A DNA stretch of 64,000 nt from positions 14,815 through 78,814 of IMG/VR virus record IMGVR_UViG_3300021400_001692. The stretch is one strand, 5' to 3'. The DNA is from a virus (Duplodnaviria; Caudoviricetes). How positions within the stretch are numbered: position 1 is the first letter of the stretch; the number at the start of each line of letters is the position of its first letter. Positions 26,992 through 37,306 of the stretch are shown one piece after another. A program made the position numbers and the translations under genes. The notes beneath the pieces are model-generated. The model saw only the letters and a list, made by a program, of their open reading frames with translations, made no database searches and was not told the DNA's origin.

Positions 26992-29900
26992 TTACGCCCT
27001 GTATGGAATGACTCCCGAGCAGAGGGATGTGTATTTGTCACAGTATGACATGATGTCTCCTGGCATCACGCACTATGATCCTTTGCGCGTGTCAGCCTAT
27101 ACTGGCGGTAACATGCCTGGGCTTCCTCCGGCGCAGTACCTTACTCCGGCAAGCTATGGGCTTTTCAGGACTCCGCCGGCATACGACCACACTATCATCC
27201 CGACAGCGCAGCAAGGGTTTATGCGTAACCTGATGATAGCCACAAACGGATTTGGTACTGGATTTTTGCCGTATAACCCTGCTGTAAATCCAGTAACTTA
27301 TGAAGTTGATTCCCGCAGGCAGCTTCTTGACAAGTCTGTGGCCTTCGGTACCTCTATGGCCGGACTTCCGCTTGACATGGCGCAAAGCGCGGCGTGGGGC
27401 TTAGCTGGCAAGGGGTTGGCTAAAGCTTTCGGGCTTGGAGCAATTGCCACTCCAATAGGCTTGGCTGCTGGTATTGCCATGCCTATGCTTGGGGCTACTT
27501 TTAGTTTAGGGGATGCCATTGCTGATCGCATACGAGAGACGCGTGCGATTCAGTATGCCACTCGTTCAAAGATAACGTCTGGTCCGGATTTGGACCAGGC
27601 TACGGGCATGGGCTTTTCAACCAGGGCGGCTCGAGACATTGACAGGTTTATCCGCAAGTCTGCCATACATGACTTTCTATTCAAGGAAGATGATTACCGC
27701 AGCATGCTCAATGTCGGCATGCAGGAGGGCATGTTTGACTTCGCCAACACTGCAGAGCAGTACAAGGATAAGCTTAAGCAGCTGCGCAAGGTGACGTCAC
27801 AGGTAATGGACGTTATCGGCTCGTCTGACTTTAAGGATATTGTTAAGCATCTTAAGCGGTTGCAAGATGTTGGCATCACGAATATGGCCAGCCAGGTGAG
27901 CACGATACGCCGAGAAGGCGTACTTGCCAGGGCAGCAGGCATATCGCATGCCCAGCTTGTCGAGCAATATGTGAAGCCTGGCATGATGATGTACCAGCAG
28001 CTTGGGCTTGATCCGCTGCGTGGCGGTGAGGCTATGGCTGCGAATGCCGCCATGTTTGAAACAATGCGTAGGCAGGGGCTCATATCGCCTGCTCAGCTTG
28101 CCCGCATGGGCGGCATGTCCGGCGCTGTTCAGGCAGTTACCGAAACTACGGCCAGGACGCAGCGTACTTTGATGGACTATATGATTCCATATGTGTCCAA
28201 CCAGAGCGCCACAGGCATAGACATGAACCGCTTTGACGAGCTGTATAATGGCCTGATGAGCGGAAAGATGGGGCATGGCGACTTGGTGCGCGGCGGCACT
28301 AGCAGGATGGCTAATGATCCTAAGTTTAACTTGCTGCAGCGTATGAACCATGCTGACCTTACGACAAAGCTTGCTGATGCTGTGCCGCAGACGAAGCTTG
28401 ACCAGATGACTTTGCTTATTGCGCATAAGATGGGCGAAGAGATGGCTAAGGGCATGGGCATACAGCTGGATAGGTATCAGCAGACCCAGCTTGGCTTGCA
28501 GAAGATGGGTTATACAGAAGACCAGGCCCGCCTTTTCCACTCAAGAGTTGTAAACGCTCCCATGGAAGAAGCCATGCGCGCCCAGGAGCGCCGTGAAGCA
28601 CGGCTGAAGGAGCTTAATGAAGAGCATCGCCAGAAAACGTATAATGAAGGACTGGGAGGCGTGATACCGATCCTTAAAGGACTTGGCAATACAATAACCG
28701 AGGCTTTTATGGGGATAGGCGGGCTGCATGATAAGTATGTCGGGCTGAGTGACAAATTGGGGTTGACTGTAGGTCGGCAAGATGATGGAAGGCTCCCGGC
28801 CAGTGCCTATAATGCGTACTTTGGCGGAGGTGACCGTGGAGCTTTAGGGCTAGCTAACTTTGCAGGGGTTGAGTTAAAGCGTAGAAATTTAGGAAGCGCC
28901 CTGCTTGCTGCAGAGCGGTGGATGGAGGCTAATGGGATAAAATACCAGATAACAGGAGGCCACAAAGCAGTAGGAAAAGATGCACTAGAAGAGTATTATC
29001 AGGGTAAGTATGATAAGCTACCTACAGTTTTTACAAGAAAGGATGGTAGTAAGTATAAAGCCATTGATTGCTCAGCCTTTGCTTCGGCTGTTGGCATGCA
29101 CGTAGCACATGCCATGGATATCGACATGGAAAGCGCTACTCAGCTCTTTTTTAAGAAGCAAGGTAATCAGTTTGTACCGCGCACATCAATGGAAATATTG
29201 GACGCGGTGTCTGCCGGCGGGGCTGAATTGTTAGACATGTCTAAGGAGGAGAATTGGGTACGCGAAGGCGTTGTTGTTGGCTTTGATGGAGATATAGCGC
29301 GCGGTATTGGCGGAGATATAGGAAACATAGATCACGTTGGCTATTGGACTATGGAAAATGGGAAACCGGTGTTTATACATCGGGGTGCGCGGACAACTAG
29401 GATGTCTAAGGAGCGGTTTTTCAAATACTACAGCCAGTACCACTTTGAGCTTTCAGCAGACAAAGCTAAGGAGCATAAGTTTTCCGGTGATATTGTAAAA
29501 TATAATGCAGGAAAGCTCGGTACGCTTACTTTTAGAAAAAATGACAAAGGCGGATATGTTTCAGACGCGGTTAACTTACTAGCGAGCGGCGGTATATTTG
29601 CTGCTGATTTGGCAAGGTGGAATAATATATACAGGTCGCAAAATCCGGTAAAGTCTCAGGAGCAGCGTGAGCAAATAAGAAAGAATCAAGAAGCCGCTTT
29701 TAAGCAGGCTATTGGGATGCTTGAGCCTAGGGGAAATGTAGGTATTGTGGACATAGCAAAACAGTTTGCTATCAATTTGCCATTGAAAAAACTAGGGGAC
29801 GGGGAAGTTATCCTGGATATGATTGGCACAAAGGAGGCTAAGAGCCCGAAAGAATACCTTGCTCAGCAGGGATATGGTTACCTGTATGACATTATAGATA

Positions 29901-31033
29901 GCATGACTGCTGGTAAAGCGCTTTTTGATTATAATCAAATACGTAAGGAGGGTCCTGATAAAGTTAGGGACAGCATGAAAAAGCGGTTAAAGGCTCTTAA
30001 TGTTGACGTAGATAAGCTTGATGAGTTTCTTTCGAAGAATACTGATTATGAGAAGTTAACACTGTCTGCCTTAAAAAAGGCTATGGGGGAAAAGAAATTA
30101 GTTCTTCCTAAAGGCGTGTCTCTTGATGATGTGCAAAAATATGCCTTTGCGGCGTTGTCCGGTGATGATTCTTTTCAAGCTAGCATGAAAAGGCAGTTTG
30201 ATAAGTTTTACTCATCTACACCTGCGACAAACGCTTCTGCCGCTATGTTGGAACGCCTTGGTATAAAAACGGACTCTCAAGAGGCAAAAGAATTTACAGA
30301 GTTTTTTCATAGTGTTACACGGGAACATGCGCCTAATGTCCGCGGCTTTGGAATATTGCCGTTTATTATAAGTACAATAAAAAACAAAAATGGTTCCATA
30401 TCTGAAAAAGACTATAATTCTATAGTTGAGTATTTAGGGCTCTCTGGGAGAGGGATAGACACCAAAAAATTGGCGTCTGAGACAAATTTAACTAAAATTC
30501 TTGATACGCTTGGACTGAGTGATCTTTATAAGCAGAAGCAAATCAATATTGACCGTATTGCTGGTATGCTCGACACTGGAAGTAGAGCTTCAGTGAATAA
30601 TGGCCTGCAAGTGGCCCAGGCAATGGAAGCTTCTTCTGCCGCTGAAAAATATAGGCTTTTGGCGCCATTTATGTACGTACAGTGGCTAAGCGGTAAGTCT
30701 CTCACGCAAGACGTGTTAAAAACCGAGGCGTCTCAGCGTGAGTATTTAGAGGAAGGCCTGAACAAAGTCGCAGGGCTAAGTCTTGCTGATACTCAGATAA
30801 CAGGGATGATCCTCAACCCAGAGCAGCTAAGAAACTTTGGACTTATAGATCAAGTCGGAGACTCTCCTAACTCGACATCCCCGGTAGACAAGCCCGGTGA
30901 GAAATCAGCACCATTCTCTGGAGACCTTACTGCTATTTCTGATATGGCAAGGCGCGCATCTACTCCCGGGCTCGGAATCTGGGTTAACATCAATAATGCT
31001 GGTGGAAACAGCGGTGGAATAGATTTGAAATGA
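26975..31033 (+). CDS. Tape measure protein with embedded NlpC/P60-like peptidase domain
   Basis: 1352 aa helical protein after chaperones; AIDCSAFAS ... IDHVGYW ... VFIH catalytic pattern at ~29060-29380. Confidence 0.75.
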   Translation: MLTPASYALYGMTPEQRDVYLSQYDMMSPGITHYDPLRVSAYTGGNMPGLPPAQYLTPASYGLFRTPPAYDHTIIPTAQQGFMRNLMIATNGFGTGFLPYNPAVNPVTYEVDSRRQLLDKSVAFGTSMAGLPLDMAQSAAWGLAGKGLAKAFGLGAIATPIGLAAGIAMPMLGATFSLGDAIADRIRETRAIQYATRSKITSGPDLDQATGMGFSTRAARDIDRFIRKSAIHDFLFKEDDYRSMLNVGMQEGMFDFANTAEQYKDKLKQLRKVTSQVMDVIGSSDFKDIVKHLKRLQDVGITNMASQVSTIRREGVLARAAGISHAQLVEQYVKPGMMMYQQLGLDPLRGGEAMAANAAMFETMRRQGLISPAQLARMGGMSGAVQAVTETTARTQRTLMDYMIPYVSNQSATGIDMNRFDELYNGLMSGKMGHGDLVRGGTSRMANDPKFNLLQRMNHADLTTKLADAVPQTKLDQMTLLIAHKMGEEMAKGMGIQLDRYQQTQLGLQKMGYTEDQARLFHSRVVNAPMEEAMRAQERREARLKELNEEHRQKTYNEGLGGVIPILKGLGNTITEAFMGIGGLHDKYVGLSDKLGLTVGRQDDGRLPASAYNAYFGGGDRGALGLANFAGVELKRRNLGSALLAAERWMEANGIKYQITGGHKAVGKDALEEYYQGKYDKLPTVFTRKDGSKYKAIDCSAFASAVGMHVAHAMDIDMESATQLFFKKQGNQFVPRTSMEILDAVSAGGAELLDMSKEENWVREGVVVGFDGDIARGIGGDIGNIDHVGYWTMENGKPVFIHRGARTTRMSKERFFKYYSQYHFELSADKAKEHKFSGDIVKYNAGKLGTLTFRKNDKGGYVSDAVNLLASGGIFAADLARWNNIYRSQNPVKSQEQREQIRKNQEAAFKQAIGMLEPRGNVGIVDIAKQFAINLPLKKLGDGEVILDMIGTKEAKSPKEYLAQQGYGYLYDIIDSMTAGKALFDYNQIRKEGPDKVRDSMKKRLKALNVDVDKLDEFLSKNTDYEKLTLSALKKAMGEKKLVLPKGVSLDDVQKYAFAALSGDDSFQASMKRQFDKFYSSTPATNASAAMLERLGIKTDSQEAKEFTEFFHSVTREHAPNVRGFGILPFIISTIKNKNGSISEKDYNSIVEYLGLSGRGIDTKKLASETNLTKILDTLGLSDLYKQKQINIDRIAGMLDTGSRASVNNGLQVAQAMEASSAAEKYRLLAPFMYVQWLSGKSLTQDVLKTEASQREYLEEGLNKVAGLSLADTQITGMILNPEQLRNFGLIDQVGDSPNSTSPVDKPGEKSAPFSGDLTAISDMARRASTPGLGIWVNINNAGGNSGGIDLK

Positions 31034-31767
31034 ATTCCATAGGCAATGCGATATTACAGCATATAGGTGTTAGTCCTGTCGCTGAAGGTACTAATAAGGC
31101 GACGGGTAAGCAGTCCGTATTTGAGCATGGATACATACCTACTTCGGACGCTGCTACTCTGAGCATGCAGGGTAAAGCGTACTTTAGGGGGCCGAACTCA
31201 GTGTTCTGGGAGATGATAATTACTGAGTTTAGCGAAGACCATAATGAGAAGTACGCGCTGCATGATACGCACGCCCACGCGTATCTCATGCATGCTATGG
31301 GGGCTCAGCCTATCAATGTACGGATTACAGGATACCTTGCGTCTGGCAGGGACGTTGACCACCGCGTACAATTTCTAAAGCGCTATTTTGGGGAATACAC
31401 CCCGCGGGTCACAGATAAGCCAAACTACGATTTGCAGGTTGTTATTAAGCACACTACTTTTAACATGCTTATTACACAGCTTGTCGTTAATGAGAGTAAT
31501 GAGCTTGAGGATTTTACGACGGTGTCATTAGAGGGGCTTGCTTATAATTATAATCAGGACAATGGCGATAAGCTATTGTATGAGTATGATAATCAGCTGC
31601 ACGAATCTACAGATAACCCAACTTTTCAAAGCCCTAAAGGTGCATCGCTCGTGAAGAAGGATGGAGCGCAGGACGCATCGGCTTATAATGCTAAGGCAGT
31701 TTCTTTAGCAGCGCCGTCACAGGGTAATGGATTTCCGAATAGCCGGGTAACTAAGCTTACGGAGTAG
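31030..31767 (+). CDS. Putative baseplate hub/tube-initiation protein
   Basis: 245 aa beta-rich protein after tape measure; similar layout to next gene. Confidence 0.5.
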   Translation: MNSIGNAILQHIGVSPVAEGTNKATGKQSVFEHGYIPTSDAATLSMQGKAYFRGPNSVFWEMIITEFSEDHNEKYALHDTHAHAYLMHAMGAQPINVRITGYLASGRDVDHRVQFLKRYFGEYTPRVTDKPNYDLQVVIKHTTFNMLITQLVVNESNELEDFTTVSLEGLAYNYNQDNGDKLLYEYDNQLHESTDNPTFQSPKGASLVKKDGAQDASAYNAKAVSLAAPSQGNGFPNSRVTKLTE

Positions 31768-31769
31768 CC

Positions 31770-32552
31770 ATGGAAGAGCCTCTAGCTACAGCATCTTTGA
31801 TAAAGCCTACGAAGGCTGCGGCAAAGGCAGCCGTTGATAAGACCGTAAGCCCTATACTTAGCAAGATAAATGACGCCGTACAAAAGGTTGTCACTCCGCT
31901 CAGCAGGGCTGTTGATTCTGTTTATACGGATAAAACAAGCCAGTCACGGTACGACTACCGCAGCAAATATAACGATGATGGCAGTTACTACGCCACTCCG
32001 TTTCAAGGCCCCTATTCCATAGATTTTTCTGGAAGGGCAAGGATTATAGCGCACTATAGAGAATTGGACATAGACCTTGTTCTGACGAGCATGGATTTAA
32101 CCCTTGCGGATCATTTACAGGTGGAGTCGCATCAGGGTGATACATACAGCACTCTTGTTTTTGGGAAGAGCCCAGCGCAAGCAACGTGCACGGGTGTCTT
32201 GCCGGAAACACCTGATAATTACGGCCGCGTAAACATGGCAAATGCATATAAAAACATATTGCGGCTGTATGCTGTTTCCCGTTCCGGGGAAGTACCTGTG
32301 CTTCGCGTTAAGGGCATAGATATTTATGGACCCTGGACTACCATGACTATGACGGACCGTTCTGATTCTGAGGATACGGTTGACGTAACTTTTACCATAG
32401 CTGTGACTAAAATACAGGCTGTAGGGGATACAAACTTTGTCATGGCTGATTATGAGAATGGTGAGCACCTTGAGGCTTTTGGGGTAGATGCCAGCATAAC
32501 GGATAAGCTTCCGAAGGGCGCTGACTTTATTAAGACGGTGTGGCCGAAATGA
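31770..32552 (+). CDS. Putative baseplate hub/tube-initiation protein
   Basis: 260 aa; LVFGKSPAQATCTGVL..D pattern parallels MGAQPINVRITGYL..G in the preceding gene. Confidence 0.5.
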   Translation: MEEPLATASLIKPTKAAAKAAVDKTVSPILSKINDAVQKVVTPLSRAVDSVYTDKTSQSRYDYRSKYNDDGSYYATPFQGPYSIDFSGRARIIAHYRELDIDLVLTSMDLTLADHLQVESHQGDTYSTLVFGKSPAQATCTGVLPETPDNYGRVNMANAYKNILRLYAVSRSGEVPVLRVKGIDIYGPWTTMTMTDRSDSEDTVDVTFTIAVTKIQAVGDTNFVMADYENGEHLEAFGVDASITDKLPKGADFIKTVWPK

Positions 32553-35500
32553 ATACATATCTTGCAGATACGAAGGTTTATATTGCTGGTGTTCTTATGC
32601 CGTGCATCCAGGTTACTATCCAGAGTACGGTAAACCAGCCTCCACAAGCTACCATAGTTGTTCCGGCTGATGCCAGGCTTTTTGATGTCGGCCGCAACGA
32701 CCGTGTTCCTGTGCACATTTTCCAGAAAGACGTGTATGGCGTTGACGCGGACGACTATACTAGGGATTACCTGCTTCTTTTCGAGGGGCAGATAACAGCC
32801 AGGACGTATATGTCGTCTGCCTTTCAACGCGCCATTTCTTTTCAGGCTGTTGGCGTAATTGCCATGCTGGACGATTACCGCATTCAGTATGTGAATCAGA
32901 TGACTGACATATTCCAGTACGCTAAAAGCAACATGATAGTGGATGCTGCAGCCTACCCTGGCGTGTATTCGTTTCCTGAATGCTTCATGCTGCAAGGGCT
33001 TCCTGATAGAAATAGCAAAGACGAAGCAGACGCAATAGAATTCCCCTACGAGTATATACAGAACGTATTTAACTACATGGCCAGCGGACATTCTAATGAG
33101 CTGTACAAGCGTACCGCCTATTCTGTTTTTTACAGTGGCGAGGCAGAGCGCCTTAAGCTCATTCGCGAGAAGGAAGAAGGAAAGCGCAGATACCTGAAGG
33201 TTCCTTTCTTTGACGAACTTAAGGAAGGTAAAGAATACGTCTGGCAAACAAAAGAGGGCGAAAAGAATGTTTCCGCCGTGTTCTTTCCCATTATGGCTGG
33301 TCTTAAAAAGAAGATTACCGTAACCGAGCTAACCAACGCCTTTACCGGGCAAACGCAGAAGCTTAGCACGGCCATGGATTTGATTAAGTATATGCTTGAT
33401 CCGTTGGAGTTTGAGTTTGCTATGCCTGCCTCTCCTGTTTATTGCAAGACAAAGGAGGCCGTCTCGTCTTCAACGTCTGAAAATAGTAGCGCTGCAGAAG
33501 ATGAGTCCAGGAAGAATGCAGAGGATGCCAGGGAGGAGGCTAAGGCGTCCCAGCAGGAAAAAGCCAAGGAGGAGAAACCGTCAGCAACGCCTTCTGATAA
33601 GGAAAAGAAGGCGGCACTGGATAAGGCAACTGAGGAAGCTGGGAAAAGAAATGAGCAGCTCAGTGCGGCTTCTTTAGATAAGGCAAAGAAAAGGATTGCT
33701 GATTTTAAAAAGGAAGCTTCTGAAGCACAAGGCAAAGCGGATGGTACCAGTGGTACTGAGAGCCTAAGTTTTAAGCTGTCAATGCAGCAAAGCTTACTTG
33801 CGGCAGCCCAGGATAGGTTCGATGTATCAGACACTGCAGTGCGTCTAAATTATGCGGGAGCTGCTTACGCAGCTAATAGATATATACTCAGTGGGCACGT
33901 AACAAAAAGTATAGATGTTGAGGCTCGCTTTTCTGCATATAAGGAGTCTCTTGGGCGCCAGCGTGCGTATGTAGAAGAGCGCCTTGCCGATATGCGCGAC
34001 ATAGAAAGCCAGATGCTTAAAAGAAAGGAGGATCTTGGTCGGCGGTGGCAAGAAGTCGGAGGGATAAGTTCCATGCTGGAAAAATGGGAGCAGGAAGAGC
34101 TTAATAAGTATTTCGAAGCTACTCCTCCAAATGCTAAGGCGCGTAGCGCTATTGTGCAAGGTGAAGCGGATCTTAAAAAGATTGATGCTGAGCAGCAGGC
34201 GGCAGACTCGCTTATGCAAGCATACAAAAAAGCTAAGAGCGATAACGAGGCCAAGGCTAAAAAAGCAGAGCAGGAAGCTAAGGCTGGGCAATCGCAAGCT
34301 GAAACACCAAAAGCTGAGCAGCAGCAGGCTGAGACGCCCAAAGCCGATGCTGAGCAATCACAGGCAGGGGCCGGGCAGTCCCAGGTAGGGGCCGGGCAGT
34401 CACAAGAAAAAACGAAAGAGATAACCTCTCTGGGCACTTGCTATCTTAAGCCAATACTCTCTGAGTCTATACCGCCGCAGTGCAATGTTATTTTTAGGTC
34501 GCAGGTGCTTAGCATTTCGGCTAATGAAAACTTTGCGCGGCCTGTAACTCGTGTGCGCGTACCTGATGTCGGCACTCCTATGTCTACATTGCGGGCTGAT
34601 GGGGCCACTGATGAGGACTTTCTAAGAGATGCGACTACGCGGTTTTACCCGCAGGAAGAAGGTGTAACTGAAGAATGGCTTAACACTCCTGAGGCTTTCA
34701 AGGGCATGACCAGAAATATGCTCGAAATGGAGAAGTACGTCGGCCCCTTTGTGCAGGAAGTAGGTACTCCGGCATGGTGGGGGTGGTGCCGCGAGAGGAT
34801 AATGACATGCGAGGATGAAGACGTTGAAAAGTATATGGTGATGCAGATGGGCCTTTGCCACAGGCAGCTTCTGCAGTTCCGCTATGCACAGCGCCGCTTA
34901 TCCGTGTCCATATCTTTTGATCCGTTTATTGCCGTTGGGTATCCAGCCGTAGTGTTTGACGAAGCTGATACCGGGCTTGCCTTTGCTGGGTATGTAATGT
35001 CCGTATCTCATAATATCGACAACTCTACTCAGGGCATGACAACTAATATTGAGCTTGGGTATGTACGCTTGCTTGGCGAAGCCTGCACAATGAACATTAT
35101 ACATCCGGTTCAGCATTTGCAGGAGCTGTATCACAACCCTGAAAAAATGACAGAGATTTATAACAGGTTGCTTGGGAAGGATATTCCGGAGGAAAAGCAG
35201 GAGCAGGCTGATGATAAGGGGGGCGTTGTCAGCAAAGCCATTGATCAGGCCACTAATGCTGTATCTGCTGTGCAGGAGAGGATTGACAAAAGCAGTGCTA
35301 ATAGAAGCAAGGATCAGATGCCTGGCGCTTTAGCTATGACGTTTAACCAAATTGCTGAGAAGTGGGCCTTTGAAGAGGGTGATTCAGGAAGCCCGCAGCG
35401 CAGTGTTGATGAGGCTTATAAGTTGCATCGCCGTAACATTTGCACATTTAAGCAGTACATGGATTTTATGGGGCTGCATTACGTTGAGGAGGTTATTACC

Positions 35501-36232
35501 GGTGATGAGCCTACCGTAGTACGTTTTGGAGAGAATCCAAGCAATGATGATTGCGATGATAAAGGAAATCCTAAGCCGGAGTTCCTTGAAAAATGCTATA
35601 TTTTAAGGCGACGTCCTTTAGTGTATTACGAAAAGGCGCCGAAGGAAGAAGAGGAGAAAAAGAGTAGCGAGGCAAAGGGGGATGATTCTAAGCCCGCCGC
35701 CTCAGCCGAGCCAGGCTCTGATGAATGGTATAATAATGTCGATAAGATGACCGATGCCGAGAAGGAGGCTAAAAAGAAAGAGCTTGATGACGCTTTAGCT
35801 AAAAAAGAGGCGCGTATAAAGGCGGACAAAGACACCAGCGTAGCCCAGCTAGCCGAAGCAAAAGCAAACCAGGAGCACGCGAGCGTTTTGGATGACAAAG
35901 AGTGGTATGACAGGTCGTCTGCCGAGGCTGCTTGTAATCAGGCAGCTATTAGCGGCTATGACGTTATGCTTGAACGTGCCCGCGCTGAACACGATACCAA
36001 GGTAGCTTTGCTTGAGGGTAGGGCTCCGAAGTATACTGAGGATCAAATAGTTGAAATGTCTCATCGGCACATGGCGTATTTGGGAGATGTTCGTGATAAC
36101 GCCAATAAGCTTGAACCTGCTCGGGCTGATGAGATTACTAAGAAATTCAATAGTACTATTAAAAATATTCGTAGTCAAGCGGATACTGCCCTTAAAATAC
36201 ATAAGGCAGCAACACAAAGAGCCAAGAGGTAA
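32549..36232 (+). CDS. Large baseplate hub protein (gp27/gpD-like) with charged coiled-coil insertions
   Basis: N-terminal KVYIAGVLMP..V.I.......ATIVVP and later LSVSISFDPFIAVGYPAVVFD...GYVMSVSHNI hub-like patterns; K/E/A-rich inserts. Confidence 0.6.
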   Translation: MNTYLADTKVYIAGVLMPCIQVTIQSTVNQPPQATIVVPADARLFDVGRNDRVPVHIFQKDVYGVDADDYTRDYLLLFEGQITARTYMSSAFQRAISFQAVGVIAMLDDYRIQYVNQMTDIFQYAKSNMIVDAAAYPGVYSFPECFMLQGLPDRNSKDEADAIEFPYEYIQNVFNYMASGHSNELYKRTAYSVFYSGEAERLKLIREKEEGKRRYLKVPFFDELKEGKEYVWQTKEGEKNVSAVFFPIMAGLKKKITVTELTNAFTGQTQKLSTAMDLIKYMLDPLEFEFAMPASPVYCKTKEAVSSSTSENSSAAEDESRKNAEDAREEAKASQQEKAKEEKPSATPSDKEKKAALDKATEEAGKRNEQLSAASLDKAKKRIADFKKEASEAQGKADGTSGTESLSFKLSMQQSLLAAAQDRFDVSDTAVRLNYAGAAYAANRYILSGHVTKSIDVEARFSAYKESLGRQRAYVEERLADMRDIESQMLKRKEDLGRRWQEVGGISSMLEKWEQEELNKYFEATPPNAKARSAIVQGEADLKKIDAEQQAADSLMQAYKKAKSDNEAKAKKAEQEAKAGQSQAETPKAEQQQAETPKADAEQSQAGAGQSQVGAGQSQEKTKEITSLGTCYLKPILSESIPPQCNVIFRSQVLSISANENFARPVTRVRVPDVGTPMSTLRADGATDEDFLRDATTRFYPQEEGVTEEWLNTPEAFKGMTRNMLEMEKYVGPFVQEVGTPAWWGWCRERIMTCEDEDVEKYMVMQMGLCHRQLLQFRYAQRRLSVSISFDPFIAVGYPAVVFDEADTGLAFAGYVMSVSHNIDNSTQGMTTNIELGYVRLLGEACTMNIIHPVQHLQELYHNPEKMTEIYNRLLGKDIPEEKQEQADDKGGVVSKAIDQATNAVSAVQERIDKSSANRSKDQMPGALAMTFNQIAEKWAFEEGDSGSPQRSVDEAYKLHRRNICTFKQYMDFMGLHYVEEVITGDEPTVVRFGENPSNDDCDDKGNPKPEFLEKCYILRRRPLVYYEKAPKEEEEKKSSEAKGDDSKPAASAEPGSDEWYNNVDKMTDAEKEAKKKELDDALAKKEARIKADKDTSVAQLAEAKANQEHASVLDDKEWYDRSSAEAACNQAAISGYDVMLERARAEHDTKVALLEGRAPKYTEDQIVEMSHRHMAYLGDVRDNANKLEPARADEITKKFNSTIKNIRSQADTALKIHKAATQRAKR

Positions 36233-36235
36233 ATT

Positions 36236-37195
36236 ATGGATGACAGACATTTTCCAAAAAACGCATTGCCCGCACCTGCACCTAATAAGACAGATCCAAA
36301 GCTTTCATTGCCGAAGGCTGAGGCAAAACCTGCACCTGCACAGCAGCCTGCTAGGGCAGCACAGGCGTCTGAGCCTGTTAAAGCTCCGAGCCAGACCCCT
36401 GTATATAAATTGTCTGCAGATTACGCCTCTATAGTTCGTAGAGAGACGCAGAATAGCCAGTATAATTCTGAAATACCGAATAAGCTTGTTGCCGCTTCAA
36501 ATAAATATGGTGTCGACCCGCAGATTATCTTCGCTATTGTCCATAAGGAATCTAATGGCAGGCACTATATAACAAACCAAGATAAACGTAGGGGTGAGGA
36601 TATTGGTAGATCTGATATACGGGTAATCAACAACGTATCCAAAAATGGTAAGTATTTAAATAAAGACGGGTCACGTGATATCGGTGTTATGCAGATAAAC
36701 ACCATACATACTGTCGGTAAATACAGACGGATAACATTAAATGAGCTGTTAGATGTCGATAAGAACATCAATTATGGTGTAAAGTATTATAGCGAATTAG
36801 AGCAGCGTTATCACGGGGATGCCGCGCTCGCCGTTGTTGCCTATGGAATGGGGCCAGGAGGCGTGGATGCTTGGCTTAGAGGTGAGGGACAGCTTAGTTC
36901 AGACATGCGAAACCGCGTTAAGGAGTTTTTTGGCATTGAGCTTCCGCAGGATGGCAGGCAGTATAAGCGCGGCAAATATAGCTATGCGGGGGGCAGCGGT
37001 AGCAGCAGTTACCCTGCTAGCGAGGCAGAATCGGAAATTGGCCCGGTACAGATTTCTAAATTATGTATAAAAGAAGGGGCGCTTGAATTTGCGCCGCCAG
37101 AGAAAGAGCAGAAATACAAGGCAAAAGAAGAGCCTTGTGTTACTATTTTGCAGACTGTAGCAACGCTTGCCTTCCGCAAGCACATTTACGCATAG
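36236..37195 (+). CDS. Lytic transglycosylase (SLT domain), probably virion-associated
   Basis: YGVDPQIIFAIVHKESNG, DIGVMQIN, NINYGVKYY, AVVAYGMGPG motifs. Confidence 0.9.
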   Translation: MDDRHFPKNALPAPAPNKTDPKLSLPKAEAKPAPAQQPARAAQASEPVKAPSQTPVYKLSADYASIVRRETQNSQYNSEIPNKLVAASNKYGVDPQIIFAIVHKESNGRHYITNQDKRRGEDIGRSDIRVINNVSKNGKYLNKDGSRDIGVMQINTIHTVGKYRRITLNELLDVDKNINYGVKYYSELEQRYHGDAALAVVAYGMGPGGVDAWLRGEGQLSSDMRNRVKEFFGIELPQDGRQYKRGKYSYAGGSGSSSYPASEAESEIGPVQISKLCIKEGALEFAPPEKEQKYKAKEEPCVTILQTVATLAFRKHIYA

Positions 37196-37200
37196 CTAAA

Positions 37201-37223
37201 ACAAAACAGCCTGGCTGTTTTGT
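37201..37223. terminator. Terminator hairpin after SLT gene
   Basis: ACAAAACAGC-CTG-GCTGTTTTGT. Confidence 0.7.
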
Positions 37224-37273
37224 GTTCTCTGTGTCCCTTGCAGGACACTGCTTTCGCCATGATTTTCAATGCC

Positions 37274-37291
37274 CAGCCTGGCAATATTTAC
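37274..37291 (+). promoter_or_regulatory. Putative phage late promoter motif upstream of sigma factor
   Basis: CAG-CCTG-GCAATATTTAC. Confidence 0.6.
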
Positions 37292-37306
37292 CAGAGGTGA
37301 ATTGCC

